Positions 17,212 through 27,021 of a DNA stretch of 64,000 nt are shown here, in pieces. Position 1 is the first letter of the stretch, and every line of letters begins with the position of its first letter. The stretch covers positions 230 to 64,229 of the forward strand of contig CAYJQY010000005.1 of the NCBI GenBank assembly GCA_964372905.1, read 5' to 3'. The notes beneath the pieces are model-generated. The model worked only from the letters and a program-made list of their open reading frames with translations, searched no databases and was not told the origin of the DNA. A program made the position numbers and the translations under genes. This stretch comes from an uncultured Candidatus Saccharibacteria bacterium. Lineage in GTDB: Bacteria; Patescibacteriota; Doudnabacteria; UBA920.

Positions 17212-17718
17212 TTATTTCCTCATCTGCTCGATCTGTTCTTTGGTCTTCATTCTCTTAAACGCCTGGAACACGGCCGTAACGTTGTTGACCTTATTGGAGC
17301 TGCCGACCATTTTGCTGATGATATTTTTCACGCCGGCCAAATCCATGACGCTGCGCACGGCGCCTCCGGCGATGACCCCGGTGCCGGCGCGCGCGGGCAT
17401 CAAAATGAGCCGGCTGGACTTGTATTTTATCTTAACCTCGTGCGGAATGGTGCTGTCGGCCAAAGGCACGACAATCATATTTTTCTTGGCCTGGTTCACG
17501 GCCTTGTTCACGCTTTCGGCTACGTCCGTGCCTTTCTTTAATCCCATGCCGACCTTACCTTTATGGTCGCCAATAACCACCAGCGCGCGGAAGCGCATGC
17601 GCTTGCCGCCCGCCACCACCCGGGTCACGCGCTTAATTTCCACCACTTTCTGGTCAAACTCGCGCTTCTCACCTCCGGCGCCGCGGTCACGATGCGATTT
17701 TCTTGGTCTTCGATCCAT
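17212..17718 (-). CDS. rpsE: 30S ribosomal protein S5
   Basis: …VVAGGKRMRFRALVVIGDHKGKVGMG… S5 signature. Confidence 0.9.
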   Translation of the reverse strand: MDRRPRKSHRDRGAGGEKREFDQKVVEIKRVTRVVAGGKRMRFRALVVIGDHKGKVGMGLKKGTDVAESVNKAVNQAKKNMIVVPLADSTIPHEVKIKYKSSRLILMPARAGTGVIAGGAVRSVMDLAGVKNIISKMVGSSNKVNNVTAVFQAFKRMKTKEQIEQMRK

Positions 17719-17777
17719 AGCTTTGTTACTTGGCTGGCTTTATTACTATTGCTAAATAAAAATTAAAGAAAATTTGG

Positions 17778-18167
17778 TTAGACTTTCAGTCCGCCGGCGC
17801 GGGCGCCTTCGGCCAATTGCTTGACCCGCCCGTGATACTTATACCCGCCGCGGTCAAACACCACTGATTCAATCTTCAGCGCGCGGGCCTTACTGGCTAT
17901 GAGCTGGCCGACTTGGCCTGATTGATCGGACTTCTTGCCCGGCTTGCCGGATCCCCCATTCTTGCCGCCTTTGCCCTTCAACTCCAAGCTCGAGGCCGCG
18001 GCCAAAGTCCGCCCATGCTGGTCATCAATCAATTGGGCGTAAATGTGGGTGCCCGAACGGAACACGGACAGCCGCGGACGCGCGGCCGTGCCTTCCAGTA
18101 CGCTTCGGACGCGGCCATGCCGCAATCGGCGTTTTTGCCTTTTAAGTTTTGCCGAGACTTCTTTCAT
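17778..18167 (-). CDS. rplR: 50S ribosomal protein L18
   Basis: [20 protein letters not shown] signature. Confidence 0.9.
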   Translation of the reverse strand: MKEVSAKLKRQKRRLRHGRVRSVLEGTAARPRLSVFRSGTHIYAQLIDDQHGRTLAAASSLELKGKGGKNGGSGKPGKKSDQSGQVGQLIASKARALKIESVVFDRGGYKYHGRVKQLAEGARAGGLKV

Positions 18168-18192
18168 AAATACTTTATCAGACCATTATAAA

Positions 18193-18747
18193 TTATTTCG
18201 CCCCGCCCACGGCCTTCACGACCTTACCGGCCTTGCGCAAAATTACTTCATCGAGATATTTAATTCCTTTGCCTTTGTACGGTTCGGGTTTTTTCAACTC
18301 GCGCACTTCGGCCGCAAACTGCCCGACCAGCTGCTTATCGATTCCGGAAATGGCAATAACATTTTTGTCTACGGTTACGGTCAAACCGGGCGGAACCTGA
18401 ACTTCAATGGGATGGGAAAAACCCAGATTCAACACCAGCTTCTGGCCGGCAAGCTGAACCTTAAACCCGACGCCATTAACTTCCAGCTTCTTTTCATAAC
18501 CTTTGGTAACCCCGTCAACCAAATTTTGAACCAGGGAGCGGAACATGCCCCACAGCGCTTTCTCCTTGCGATCGTCCTTGCGCGCCACGTCAACGGTAAT
18601 TTCACTGCCGGCGACAACCACCTGAACTTTCGGGTGCAAAGGCAAACTCAAACTGCCCTTGGGGCCCGTGACCGCCAATTTATTATCTTTAAGCTCGGCT
18701 GTGACGCCGCTGGGAAGGGTTACTGGTTTTTTGCCGACTCGTGACAT
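18193..18747 (-). CDS. rplF: 50S ribosomal protein L6
   Basis: MSRVGKKPVTLPSGV… signature. Confidence 0.9.
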   Translation of the reverse strand: MSRVGKKPVTLPSGVTAELKDNKLAVTGPKGSLSLPLHPKVQVVVAGSEITVDVARKDDRKEKALWGMFRSLVQNLVDGVTKGYEKKLEVNGVGFKVQLAGQKLVLNLGFSHPIEVQVPPGLTVTVDKNVIAISGIDKQLVGQFAAEVRELKKPEPYKGKGIKYLDEVILRKAGKVVKAVGGAK

Positions 18748-18776
18748 AAATAAAAGCTAAATCATCAATAAATTAA

Positions 18777-19169
18777 TTACCAGACCTGGCAGACTACTTC
18801 GCCGCCGACTTTATCCTTGCGGGCCTGCTTGTCTGTCAAAAGCCCCTTAGAGGTTGAAACCACGGTCACGCCAAAGCCGCCGTTGGTGCGGGGAATCTTT
18901 TCCGACGGCAAATAAATGCGCTGGCCCGGTTTGCTGACGCGCTTCAGCCCCGAAATTACGCCGCTGCCTGTATCATCATATTTGAGGTTAATTTGCAGCA
19001 TCTTGACCCGGCCGGGCAGCTCGTTCACACCGCTGATAAAGCCTTCGGCCAAAAGAACTTTGGCCAAATTGTGCTTGAACTTTGAGTACGGCAAAACCAG
19101 CTCGGCTTTTTGGGCCTGCAGAGCGTTGCGGATTCTGGTGAGCATGTCAGAGATTGGATCGGTGTACAT
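18777..19169 (-). CDS. rpsH: 30S ribosomal protein S8
   Basis: DPISDMLTRIRNA signature. Confidence 0.9.
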   Translation of the reverse strand: MYTDPISDMLTRIRNALQAQKAELVLPYSKFKHNLAKVLLAEGFISGVNELPGRVKMLQINLKYDDTGSGVISGLKRVSKPGQRIYLPSEKIPRTNGGFGVTVVSTSKGLLTDKQARKDKVGGEVVCQVW

Positions 19170-19206
19170 AACTTTATAATTGCTTTAGAAAAAATAGACC
19201 ATGGAA

Positions 19207-19401
19207 CTACCAGGAAGCCTTGGCCAGGCCGGGAATTTCCCCTTTGCTGGCTAATTCGCGGAAACAAATACGGCAAAGATTGAAGTCGCGCATGTAGCCG
19301 CCCTTGCGGCCGCACTTCCAGCAGCGCCGGATTTTCCGGGTGGAAAACTTTGGATTGATGAGACTGCGTTCGGCTTTGGCAATGAGTGATTTCTTGGCCA
19401 T
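19207..19401 (-). CDS. rpsN: 30S ribosomal protein S14, zinc-binding type Z
   Basis: 64 aa with two CxxC pairs ([10 protein letters not shown]…CRICFRE). Confidence 0.9.
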   Translation of the reverse strand: MAKKSLIAKAERSLINPKFSTRKIRRCWKCGRKGGYMRDFNLCRICFRELASKGEIPGLAKASW

Positions 19402-19405
19402 AAAT

Positions 19406-19948
19406 TTATTCTTGCTTGAAGGGAAAATTATACATTTTTAACAAGGCGCGGGCCGGATCATCTTTACCGGCATTAGTGACGATGGAAACTTCCAGGCCGA
19501 ACAGGTGCTCAATTGCGTCAGGGGAGATTTCAGGGAAAACGATGTGCTCGCGCAAGCCAATATGATAGTTGCCGCGGCCGTCAAAAGCTTTGGGCGACAA
19601 ACCGCGAAAATCCTTAACCCGGGGCAGGGCCACATTAACAAGCTTGTCCAGAAAAGCGTACATCCGCTCGCCGCGCAAGGTCGCCATAATTCCGACAATC
19701 TGGCCTTCGCGCATCTTGAAGCCGGCAATGGAGGTGCGGGCTTTGGTCTTAACCGGTTGCTGACCGGTAATTTTAGCAACATCGGCAACAATACTGTCGA
19801 GGAACTGGCTGTCTTTGGAAATTTTGCCCACGCCGACATTGACCACGATCTTAATGACCTTGGGAACTTGCATGCGGTTGTTGTAGCCGAACTGCTTCTG
19901 CAGGGCCGGGGCAATTTCCTTATTATATTGTTGCTGTAAACGTTCCAT
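19406..19948 (-). CDS. rplE: 50S ribosomal protein L5
   Basis: [14 protein letters not shown]… The start was moved to ATG 19948 because the longer ORF-track start would overlap rplX. Confidence 0.85.
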   Translation of the reverse strand: MERLQQQYNKEIAPALQKQFGYNNRMQVPKVIKIVVNVGVGKISKDSQFLDSIVADVAKITGQQPVKTKARTSIAGFKMREGQIVGIMATLRGERMYAFLDKLVNVALPRVKDFRGLSPKAFDGRGNYHIGLREHIVFPEISPDAIEHLFGLEVSIVTNAGKDDPARALLKMYNFPFKQE

Positions 19949-19961
19949 AAATTCTTGGAGG

Positions 19962-20279
19962 TTAGATGACTTTGCCGCTTTGCTTGGCCACACGCTGCTT
20001 AGTGCCGTTTTCTAAATATTGATAGCCCACGCGCGTGGGGTTGCCCGAGTGCGGGTCAACCAGGATGACTTTCGCGATTGGCATGGGTCCCGCGGCGATA
20101 ATTTTCTGCCCTCCCTGGCCTGGCCGTTTGCCTTTTTCGAACTTGGTGTGAAGGTTGACGTTTTCCACCACCAGGCGGCCTGCCGCGGGCAAAACACGCA
20201 GAACCTTCCCGGTCTTGCCCTTATCCTTGCCGGACAGCACCTTTACGGTATCGCCTTTTTTAATTTTCAGCTTAATCAT
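19962..20279 (-). CDS. rplX: 50S ribosomal protein L24
   Basis: KIKKGDTVKVLSGKDKGKTGKV KOW motif. Confidence 0.9.
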   Translation of the reverse strand: MIKLKIKKGDTVKVLSGKDKGKTGKVLRVLPAAGRLVVENVNLHTKFEKGKRPGQGGQKIIAAGPMPIAKVILVDPHSGNPTRVGYQYLENGTKQRVAKQSGKVI

Positions 20280-20298
20280 AAATGAAAAAATTCATTGA

Positions 20299-20415
20299 TA
20301 AGATGGAAACATATGCATTAAGAAAACTATTGGAGCGTCAGTTTTCAAGCTTTGGCGAGGCCAAAGCACAAGACACCTGCGACCTAGTTTTTTCAATGCA
20401 TATGTTTCCATCTTA
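20299..20415. repeat. structured intergenic element, copy 1 (19-bp perfect flanking inverted repeats plus conserved core) between rplN and rplX
   Basis: agatggaaacatatgcatt (20301-20319) pairs with aatgcatatgtttccatct (20395-20413). The core holds aagaaaactattggag … gttttca … [gctttggc-gag-gccaaagc] … gcgacctagtttt, shared with the copy at 26391-26505. Confidence 0.65.
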
Positions 20416-20420
20416 ATAAT

Positions 20421-20792
20421 TTAAATAACTTCCGGGGCCAACGAAACGATCTTAGTAAAGCCTTTATCGCGGAGTTCGCGGGGAATGGGGCCGAAAATGC
20501 GGGTGCCGCGCGGCTCCACGCTGTCCTTGTTCACCAATACGCAGGCGTTCTCATCGAACCTAATATACGACCCGTCCTTGCGGCGCATTTCCTTGCGCAA
20601 GCGTACGATCACCGCATAAACTTTGTCGCCCTTTTTGACCTGGCCGGTGGGCGCGGCTTGCTTGACGCTGGCGGCAATGACATCGCCGATGCCGGCGAAG
20701 CGGCGCGCGTTTTTTCCGCTCACGCTGAAAGCCGCAACGACTTTGGCGCCGGTATTATCTGCAACTTTTAACCATGAACGAACTTGGATCAT
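20421..20792 (-). CDS. rplN: 50S ribosomal protein L14
   Basis: [17 protein letters not shown] signature. Confidence 0.9.
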   Translation of the reverse strand: MIQVRSWLKVADNTGAKVVAAFSVSGKNARRFAGIGDVIAASVKQAAPTGQVKKGDKVYAVIVRLRKEMRRKDGSYIRFDENACVLVNKDSVEPRGTRIFGPIPRELRDKGFTKIVSLAPEVI

Positions 20793-20800
20793 ATATAAGC

Positions 20801-21055
20801 TTAGGCCTTGCTGATTACTTTAAATTTCTTATCTTTGCTTATGGGGCGCGTGGATTCGATAACTACAACATCGCCAATTTTATACTCATTGGCCGCGTCG
20901 TGCGCCTTGAACTTCTTGGAAATGGTGTAAGTCTTCTTGTATTTGGGGTGGCGCTTGCGAATATCAATCTTAACTACCACGGTCTTATCCATTTTGTCGG
21001 ACACCACGACGCCGCGCAGCTGCTGCTTCTTAAATTGTTTGATGGTAGCTTCCAT
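20801..21055 (-). CDS. rpsQ: 30S ribosomal protein S17
   Basis: …[18 protein letters not shown]…; start set at ATG 21055 (MEATIKQ…). Confidence 0.85.
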   Translation of the reverse strand: MEATIKQFKKQQLRGVVVSDKMDKTVVVKIDIRKRHPKYKKTYTISKKFKAHDAANEYKIGDVVVIESTRPISKDKKFKVISKA

Positions 21056-21175
21056 AAATTTATCAAATATTATTTCTCGGAGGGGTGGCCCGGTTCGGAG
21101 GCCCTCCACTGGCGCGCAAGGCAATGCCGAGCACCAGTGGAGGTGAACCGCGGGACAGGACCCCGAAGAGGAATG

Positions 21176-21367
21176 TTAAGTTGCTCTTTTTTGTCGGAGT
21201 ATGGTCATAATTCTGGCAATGTCGCGGCGGTAATTTTTCAGCTGATGCGAATTCTTGGCTTGCTGCAGCCGCACCTTTACGGTCAAAGCCGTCGCTTCCT
21301 CGCGCAAAACCGCCAGGTCCTTGTTTAATTCGGCTTCAGATTTAGTTGATAATTCCTTGATGTCCAT
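21176..21367 (-). CDS. rpmC: 50S ribosomal protein L29
   Basis: 63 aa; MDIKELSTKSEAELNKDL…. Confidence 0.85.
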   Translation of the reverse strand: MDIKELSTKSEAELNKDLAVLREEATALTVKVRLQQAKNSHQLKNYRRDIARIMTILRQKRAT

Positions 21368-21399
21368 AAATGATTTCCATAAATTAAAATAGATGCTGG

Positions 21400-21816
21400 C
21401 TAACCCTGATGTTCCTTGACCAAAAACTTGGTCTTGACCGGCAATTTGTAGCTGGCTAGCCGCATGGCTTCCTTGGCCTGGGCTGCGGTCACGCCGTCCA
21501 TTTCAAATAAAACTTTACCGCGCTTAACCACAGCCACAAAGTGATCCACTGCGCCTTTGCCGCCGCCCATTGGCGATTCATTGCCGTGAAGCGTTACGGG
21601 TTTGTCGGGAAAGACGCGAATCCAAATCTTGCCGCCGCGCTGAACGTATCGGGTCATGGCGCGCCGAGCCGCTTCAATCTGGCGGGCCGTCACCCAGGAG
21701 CTTTCCAGAGCCTTGAGGGCAAAGTTGCCAAACGAGATTTCGGTGCCGGCCGAGGCCTTGCCTTTGGTCCGTCCGCGGTGATGCTTGCGGTGCTTTAATT
21801 TTTTGGGAATCAGCAT
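21400..21816 (-). CDS. rplP: 50S ribosomal protein L16
   Basis: [16 protein letters not shown]… signature. Confidence 0.9.
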   Translation of the reverse strand: MLIPKKLKHRKHHRGRTKGKASAGTEISFGNFALKALESSWVTARQIEAARRAMTRYVQRGGKIWIRVFPDKPVTLHGNESPMGGGKGAVDHFVAVVKRGKVLFEMDGVTAAQAKEAMRLASYKLPVKTKFLVKEHQG

Positions 21817-21833
21817 AGAGCTAGAAAAATAAA

Positions 21834-22490
21834 TTATTTATTGGCCTTGGCCCGATCTTCAAAAATATCGCCTTTATAAATCCAAACTTTGACCCCAAGC
21901 GTGCCGTAGGTAGTATAAGCTGTGGCGCGGGCAAAATCGATGTTGGCGCGCAAAGTATGCAAGGGAATTTTGCCGGATGAAAGATGCTCACTGCGCGCGA
22001 TTTCCGCGCCGTTCAATCGTCCGCCGATAGCAATTTTCACGCCCTTGGCCCCGGCATTCATAACCTGTTCGATATTCTGCTTCATGAGGCGGCGAAACGC
22101 AGCGCGCTTCTCGAGCTGTTCGGTAATCTGATTAGCGATGACCTGGGCCTGCAGATTGATGTCGCGGACTTCCTCAATGTTGACTTTCAATTCTTTCTTG
22201 ATGCCAAGCTTTTGCTTGATCTTCTTTTTCAAATCTTCGATACCAGCCCCGCCCTTGCCGATAATCAGGCCGGGCTTGGTCGTTTTAATAATTACCGTAA
22301 TAGTTCCGTCATTGAGCCGTTCAATATCCACCCGCGCCAAACCGGCTTTCTTGAGGTGCCATTCCAAATACTCGCGGATCTGCACATCCTCTTTGAGCTG
22401 CTGAACGTAGTTCGACTTGGAAAACCACCGGGATTTCCAGGTGTCGGTAATTTTCAAGCGTAATGAAGTTGGATTGATCTTATGGCCCAT
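21834..22490 (-). CDS. rpsC: 30S ribosomal protein S3
   Basis: [12 protein letters not shown]…KH domain…GAEIARSE signature. Confidence 0.9.
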   Translation of the reverse strand: MGHKINPTSLRLKITDTWKSRWFSKSNYVQQLKEDVQIREYLEWHLKKAGLARVDIERLNDGTITVIIKTTKPGLIIGKGGAGIEDLKKKIKQKLGIKKELKVNIEEVRDINLQAQVIANQITEQLEKRAAFRRLMKQNIEQVMNAGAKGVKIAIGGRLNGAEIARSEHLSSGKIPLHTLRANIDFARATAYTTYGTLGVKVWIYKGDIFEDRAKANK

Positions 22491-22502
22491 GTGGTTTGAT
22501 AA

Positions 22503-23123
22503 TTATTCTCCGGTCTTTCTGCTGAATAATCGGCGCTTTTGTGCAATGACATTGGCTTTGCGCTGCTCTGACGGCTTTGGCGCGGGCACTGCGTTAGGAA
22601 GCTGTTTTTCCGCTGTTTCTTCTTTTGCTTCCGTGGTTTCGGGAACGCCGGGCTGGGTGCTGGGCTTGATTTCGGGTTTAGCAACGCGCTTGAGCAGGGA
22701 CAATCGCGACTTCTTAACCTTCTTAGCCGGACGCTCTTCCAACACTATGTTCACGTGCGCCAGCTTGCGGCGGATGATGAACGCGCTTCCTCGCGCCCGC
22801 GGAAAATAGCGCTTCATAGTCTGGCCCATATCGCAAGTCACACTCTTTACATAAAGCTGTTCCGGTTTCATCGAAAAATTATTTTCGGCGTTGGCCGCGG
22901 CCGATTTCAACAATTTAACCAGCATGCCCGCGGCTTTCTTGTTGGTAAAAGTCAACTGGGTTATTGCCTCTTCCACCGGCATGTTTTTGACCAAATTGGT
23001 AACCAGGCGCATCTTGCGCGGGGAAATCCGAAGGCGGCGCGCCGAAGCAGTCACCAGCTTGGGGACGGCAACTTTCGGGGCGGTGACTTTGGGGCTATTT
23101 ACTTTTTCAGCAATCTGGGCCAT
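22503..23123 (-). CDS. rplV: 50S ribosomal protein L22 with ~90-aa K/P/E-rich C-terminal extension
   Basis: L22 core RISPRKMRLV…, then a long low-complexity tail. Confidence 0.85.
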   Translation of the reverse strand: MAQIAEKVNSPKVTAPKVAVPKLVTASARRLRISPRKMRLVTNLVKNMPVEEAITQLTFTNKKAAGMLVKLLKSAAANAENNFSMKPEQLYVKSVTCDMGQTMKRYFPRARGSAFIIRRKLAHVNIVLEERPAKKVKKSRLSLLKRVAKPEIKPSTQPGVPETTEAKEETAEKQLPNAVPAPKPSEQRKANVIAQKRRLFSRKTGE

Positions 23124-23160
23124 AAAAATTATCTAAAGAAAATATAAAAATCACTTTTTC

Positions 23161-23490
23161 TTATTTCTTCTCCGGCTCTTTAGCTGCGGCCAGCTTAGCT
23201 TTCTCGGCTTCGGCCGCGGCCACTTCCTGTTCCTTAGCCATCTTACCGCCGTGGCGGATGAATTTACGGGTTAACGCGAATTCGCCGAGCTTGTGTCCGA
23301 CCATATTTTCCGTTATGAACACGGCAACGTGCGTCCTGCCATTATGCACCAAAAAGGTCAAGCCCACCATCTGCGGCGAAATTGAAGAACCGCGCGACCA
23401 GGTCTTTATCTGATCACCCTGTTTGGCCGCGGCCACCTTTTTCTGGAGGCGCGGGTCTATGAACGGTCCTTTTTTTAGGCTTCGTGACAT
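23161..23490 (-). CDS. rpsS: 30S ribosomal protein S19
   Basis: [12 protein letters not shown] signature. Confidence 0.9.
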   Translation of the reverse strand: MSRSLKKGPFIDPRLQKKVAAAKQGDQIKTWSRGSSISPQMVGLTFLVHNGRTHVAVFITENMVGHKLGEFALTRKFIRHGGKMAKEQEVAAAEAEKAKLAAAKEPEKK

Positions 23491-23617
23491 GAGGTTAATT
23501 AACTATATGATTGCTGTGCTGCCGAAGCCGGATTTGCCAGCTGATAGCATTTGCTCCATATCTTTACATAGGGCAACAGCTATCAGCGGCAATCGGCGAG
23601 GCATCAAATCATCATAA

Positions 23618-24457
23618 CTATTTCTTGACTCTGCGCTTAATAATGGACTTATTGCTGTACTTCTTGGGATCGCGGGTTTTTACGCCGAGGGCATGTCGGC
23701 CCCATGGGGTTTTGGGATACTTCATACCAATGGGGTTGTGGCCTTCGCCTCCGCCGTGCGGGTGGTCTACCGGGTTCATGGCTTTACCGCGAACCTGGGG
23801 CCGCCAGCCCATGTGGCGCATGCGCCCGGCTTTGCCAATGCGCACGTTCATCCAATCGGCATTAGCCAACTGACCAACCGACGCCAGGCAATTGGCACGG
23901 ACCTTGCGGATTTCGCCGCTCGGCATTTTCAGCAAGGCGCTGCCGCCTTCAACCGTCTGCAATGTAGCATAACCGCCAGCGCTGCGGGCAATGCGTCCGC
24001 CCTGGCCCGGGATCAATTCTATATCATGGACCAAAGTACCGACTGGGATGTTCTTCAACTCCAAACGGTTGCCCGGCAGAATTTCGGCCTTCTCGCCGTA
24101 CATGATGGAGTGGCCAACTTTCATACCCTGGGCGGTCAATACGTAGCGCTTGGCGCCATCACGATAGGATATCAAAGAAATGAAAGCCGTGCGAGTGGGG
24201 TCGTATTCAATAGTTCGGATAGTTCCGGGAATGCCTTTCCGGTCGGCACGGGAAAAATCCACTACTCGGATTTTCCGGCGCGCTCCCCCGCCCTGATGGC
24301 GGACCGTGATCTTCCCGCTATTGTTCCGTCCCGCCGGCTTGGCTTTGGACACAACCAAATGCTTGGGAGATTTCTCCTTTTGGCGCAGCACGGAGTAGTC
24401 AGTTACGCTGTGGATACGACGTCCGGCTGAAGTTGGTTTGTAAATCTTTACTGCCAT
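23618..24457 (-). CDS. rplB: 50S ribosomal protein L2
   Basis: MAVKIYKPTSAGRR…GGGEGHNPIG; start set at ATG 24457. Confidence 0.9.
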   Translation of the reverse strand: MAVKIYKPTSAGRRIHSVTDYSVLRQKEKSPKHLVVSKAKPAGRNNSGKITVRHQGGGARRKIRVVDFSRADRKGIPGTIRTIEYDPTRTAFISLISYRDGAKRYVLTAQGMKVGHSIMYGEKAEILPGNRLELKNIPVGTLVHDIELIPGQGGRIARSAGGYATLQTVEGGSALLKMPSGEIRKVRANCLASVGQLANADWMNVRIGKAGRMRHMGWRPQVRGKAMNPVDHPHGGGEGHNPIGMKYPKTPWGRHALGVKTRDPKKYSNKSIIKRRVKK

Positions 24458-24541
24458 AAATTGTTGATGATCTTGCTCGGGGTCCTGGCCCGGTTCACCT
24501 CCAAACCGGGCCACCCCTCGCAAATATTTGCCGCATAATTT

Positions 24542-24949
24542 CTAGCTACTCTCTATCGCATCAATTTTCTTGCTGTCGGGGGTTAGGGTTACAATGGCTT
24601 TCTTGAAATCGCTCATCTTGCCGGTGAAGCGGCCGTAGCGGCGCGGCTTGCCTTGCATGCGGATTATATTCACCGAAGCGACTTTGACGCCATAGGATTT
24701 TTCCACGGCTTTGCGGATTTCCACTTTGTTGGTGCGCAGGCCGACCTTAAATACATACTTGTTCAGGCGAACCAGAGCATTGGCCTTTTCGGACAAACGG
24801 GGATAGATGAGCATTGGCATGCGTGCCGGCATGTCGATCTGCTTGGGCTGCTCGGCCGCGGGCGCATCCTGAACTTTCTGAACTGCCGGTTCAGCTGTCT
24901 TGCCCTGCTTGGCATCTTTCTTATCTGATTTTCTTGAAAAAATTGCCAT
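24542..24949 (-). CDS. rplW: 50S ribosomal protein L23, possibly with N-terminal extension
   Basis: The L23 core begins near MLIYPRLSEKA. The ORF-track start adds about 45 low-complexity residues, and the true start is uncertain. Confidence 0.8.
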   Translation of the reverse strand: MAIFSRKSDKKDAKQGKTAEPAVQKVQDAPAAEQPKQIDMPARMPMLIYPRLSEKANALVRLNKYVFKVGLRTNKVEIRKAVEKSYGVKVASVNIIRMQGKPRRYGRFTGKMSDFKKAIVTLTPDSKKIDAIESS

Positions 24950-24951
24950 AA

Positions 24952-25626
24952 CTATTTTGATTGTTTGGTTAAAGCTGTAGCGGGCGCTTTAAGATAAGTC
25001 TTTTCAATTACGGCCAGAGCGTCTTTCAAAACCACTAAATTATCCGCCGACATCACATCAACAATATTTAAAGATGAGGCCAGCGCGGGCATGACTGAAG
25101 GGATGTTGCGCGACGCGCGAACCAGGTCATCGTGCTTTTTGGGCATCAAAAACAATTGCTTCTTGCCTAATTTTTGCACTTTGTCGTTCAGGCCCTGCAT
25201 CAACTTTACAAATTCTTTAGTTTTAATTGGATCAAGTTTGATCGAATCAATTACAATGAGCTTGCCATCCTTGGCCTTGTCCGAAAGCGACATGAACAGC
25301 GCCTTGGTCTTGGCCTTCTTGTTGATCTTGAGTTCCCAGTTGCGGTTTGAGCGCGGGCCGAACGTGACGCCGCCGTGGCGCCAGATGGGGCTGCGGGTGC
25401 TGCCGGCGCGGGCGCGGCCCGTGCCTTTTTGCTGCCAGGGCTTCCTTCCGCCGCCGCTGACTTCAGCGCGCGTTTTGGTGTGGGCCAAACCCTTTCTACT
25501 ATTTGCCTGCTGAACGCGCACGGCCTCGGCCATTAAATGCAAACTGGGCTTAACACAAAATATTTTATCGTTCAGCTCAATTTCCCCTACGGCTTCGGCC
25601 TGCTGATTGTAAACTGATACTTTCAT
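24952..25626 (-). CDS. rplD: 50S ribosomal protein L4
   Basis: L4 family; 224 aa. Confidence 0.9.
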   Translation of the reverse strand: MKVSVYNQQAEAVGEIELNDKIFCVKPSLHLMAEAVRVQQANSRKGLAHTKTRAEVSGGGRKPWQQKGTGRARAGSTRSPIWRHGGVTFGPRSNRNWELKINKKAKTKALFMSLSDKAKDGKLIVIDSIKLDPIKTKEFVKLMQGLNDKVQKLGKKQLFLMPKKHDDLVRASRNIPSVMPALASSLNIVDVMSADNLVVLKDALAVIEKTYLKAPATALTKQSK

Positions 25627-25702
25627 TATATTTACTTATCCAATGGTTTGATGATAGAAGCTATTCCTAAAAAATGCGCAGAAAATCATTAATCTTTCCA
25701 TA

Positions 25703-26377
25703 TTACTTTTTCTTTTTGCTATCCTTCTCTACTATAATTTTCACCAGCGGCTGGACTTTTCCGGTAGAAATAATTTTGACCATGCCGTTGCGATGGCCCG
25801 GCACGGCGCCCTTCACGGCCAGCAAATGCTTGGCCAAATCAACATCAACCACCTGTAAATTTTTCACGGTTACGGCTTGCGTGCCCATGTGGCCGGCCAT
25901 GCGCATACCCTTGCGGACATGCTGGGGAAACCGCTGGCCAATGGAACCCACGCTGCGCGGCCGGTCATGGCCGTGGCTGGCCGGAAAACCCTTAAAACCG
26001 TGGCGCTTCATGGCGCCGGCAAAACCGCGGCCTTTCATCGTCCCTACCACATTCACCATCTCGCCCACCTGAAAACCTGAAATATCAATTTTTTTGCCGC
26101 GGGCAAAATCGGCCGCATCCTTTACCCGAAATTCAGCTAATTTGGCAATACCGCTCAAACCTTTGAGATGGCCGCTTACGGCCTTGCTTATATGCCTGCT
26201 GCCTGCCACGGATTTGCCCACCCCAACCTGCACCGCGGAATATTTATCTTTTCCCGAGGCTTCCTTGACCTGGATAACCACCATGGGCAGGACTTTCAAC
26301 ATAGTAACCGGAATAACTTCCCCGCTATCAAGGAAGATCTGGCTCATATTTAGTTTCTTGCCGACGATGAAGTTCAT
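25703..26377 (-). CDS. rplC: 50S ribosomal protein L3
   Basis: L3 family; 224 aa. Confidence 0.9.
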   Translation of the reverse strand: MNFIVGKKLNMSQIFLDSGEVIPVTMLKVLPMVVIQVKEASGKDKYSAVQVGVGKSVAGSRHISKAVSGHLKGLSGIAKLAEFRVKDAADFARGKKIDISGFQVGEMVNVVGTMKGRGFAGAMKRHGFKGFPASHGHDRPRSVGSIGQRFPQHVRKGMRMAGHMGTQAVTVKNLQVVDVDLAKHLLAVKGAVPGHRNGMVKIISTGKVQPLVKIIVEKDSKKKK

Positions 26378-26390
26378 AATTGTGCTTGAC

Positions 26391-26505
26391 CATCATCCCA
26401 TCCCTTGTCTAAAGAAAACTATTGGAGTGTAAGTTTTCAGCGTTTTGGCTTTGCCAAAGCGCTGAAAACCAGCGACCTAGTTTTCGTGGCAAGGGATGGG
26501 ATGAT
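26391..26505. repeat. structured intergenic element, copy 2 (17-bp flanking inverted repeats of unrelated sequence, same conserved core) between rpsJ and rplC
   Basis: catcatcccatcccttg (26391-26407) pairs with caagggatgggatgat (26490-26505). The core holds aagaaaactattggag … gttttca … [ttttggc-ttt-gccaaa] … gcgacctagtttt. It ends 14 nt upstream of the rplC ATG. Confidence 0.65.
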
Positions 26506-26688
26506 TTTAACAAAAATTGGTAAAGAAAAAACAGGCGCGTAACTATCGCCCGTTCAACTTTAGCCTGGCACGCCTTGTGGGCGGCTGGCTGGTTGCGGCA
26601 GATAGTTATCTAATTTCGCAAGCTGGTTAGGCTGGCCAAAAATTAGAACTGATCTACACTAAAACCTTACAATGACTTTATCAATTAT

Positions 26689-27021
26689 TTAACTCATTTT
26701 AATCTCTACATCTACTCCGGCCGGAAGGTTGAGGTTGGTGAGGGAGTCAACGGTCTTGGGCGTGGGGTCAAGGATGTCAATTATGCGCTTATGCACCCGC
26801 ATTTCAAACTGCTCGCGGCTGTCCTTTTTCACAAAGGTGGAGCGTAGAACCGTGTACTTGGTTTTCTCCGTGGGCAGGGGCACCGGGCCGCTGACTTGCG
26901 CGCCCGTGCGCTTGGCCGTATCCACAATCTGCTTGGCGCTCTGGTCAATCAGTTTATGATCATAGGCGCGAATCTTAATGCGAATCTTGGGCTTACTGAC
27001 CTTGCTGGCAACCTTTTCCAT
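26689..27021 (-). CDS. rpsJ: 30S ribosomal protein S10
   Basis: [38 protein letters not shown] signature. Confidence 0.9.
   Translation of the reverse strand: MEKVASKVSKPKIRIKIRAYDHKLIDQSAKQIVDTAKRTGAQVSGPVPLPTEKTKYTVLRSTFVKKDSREQFEMRVHKRIIDILDPTPKTVDSLTNLNLPAGVDVEIKMS

Noticed and set aside
20299-20415. Hammerhead, twister, pistol or hatchet ribozyme identity for the conserved-core elements
   Set aside because: I could not find CUGAUGA…GAAA or the other consensus blocks I remember, so the class is left open rather than asserted.
23491-23617. 9-bp inverted repeat (gctgatagc…gctatcagc) in the rplB–rpsS spacer as another member of the element family
   Set aside because: The stem is short, the loop is 31 nt, and there is no shared core with the other elements. 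It is probably an ordinary intergenic hairpin.
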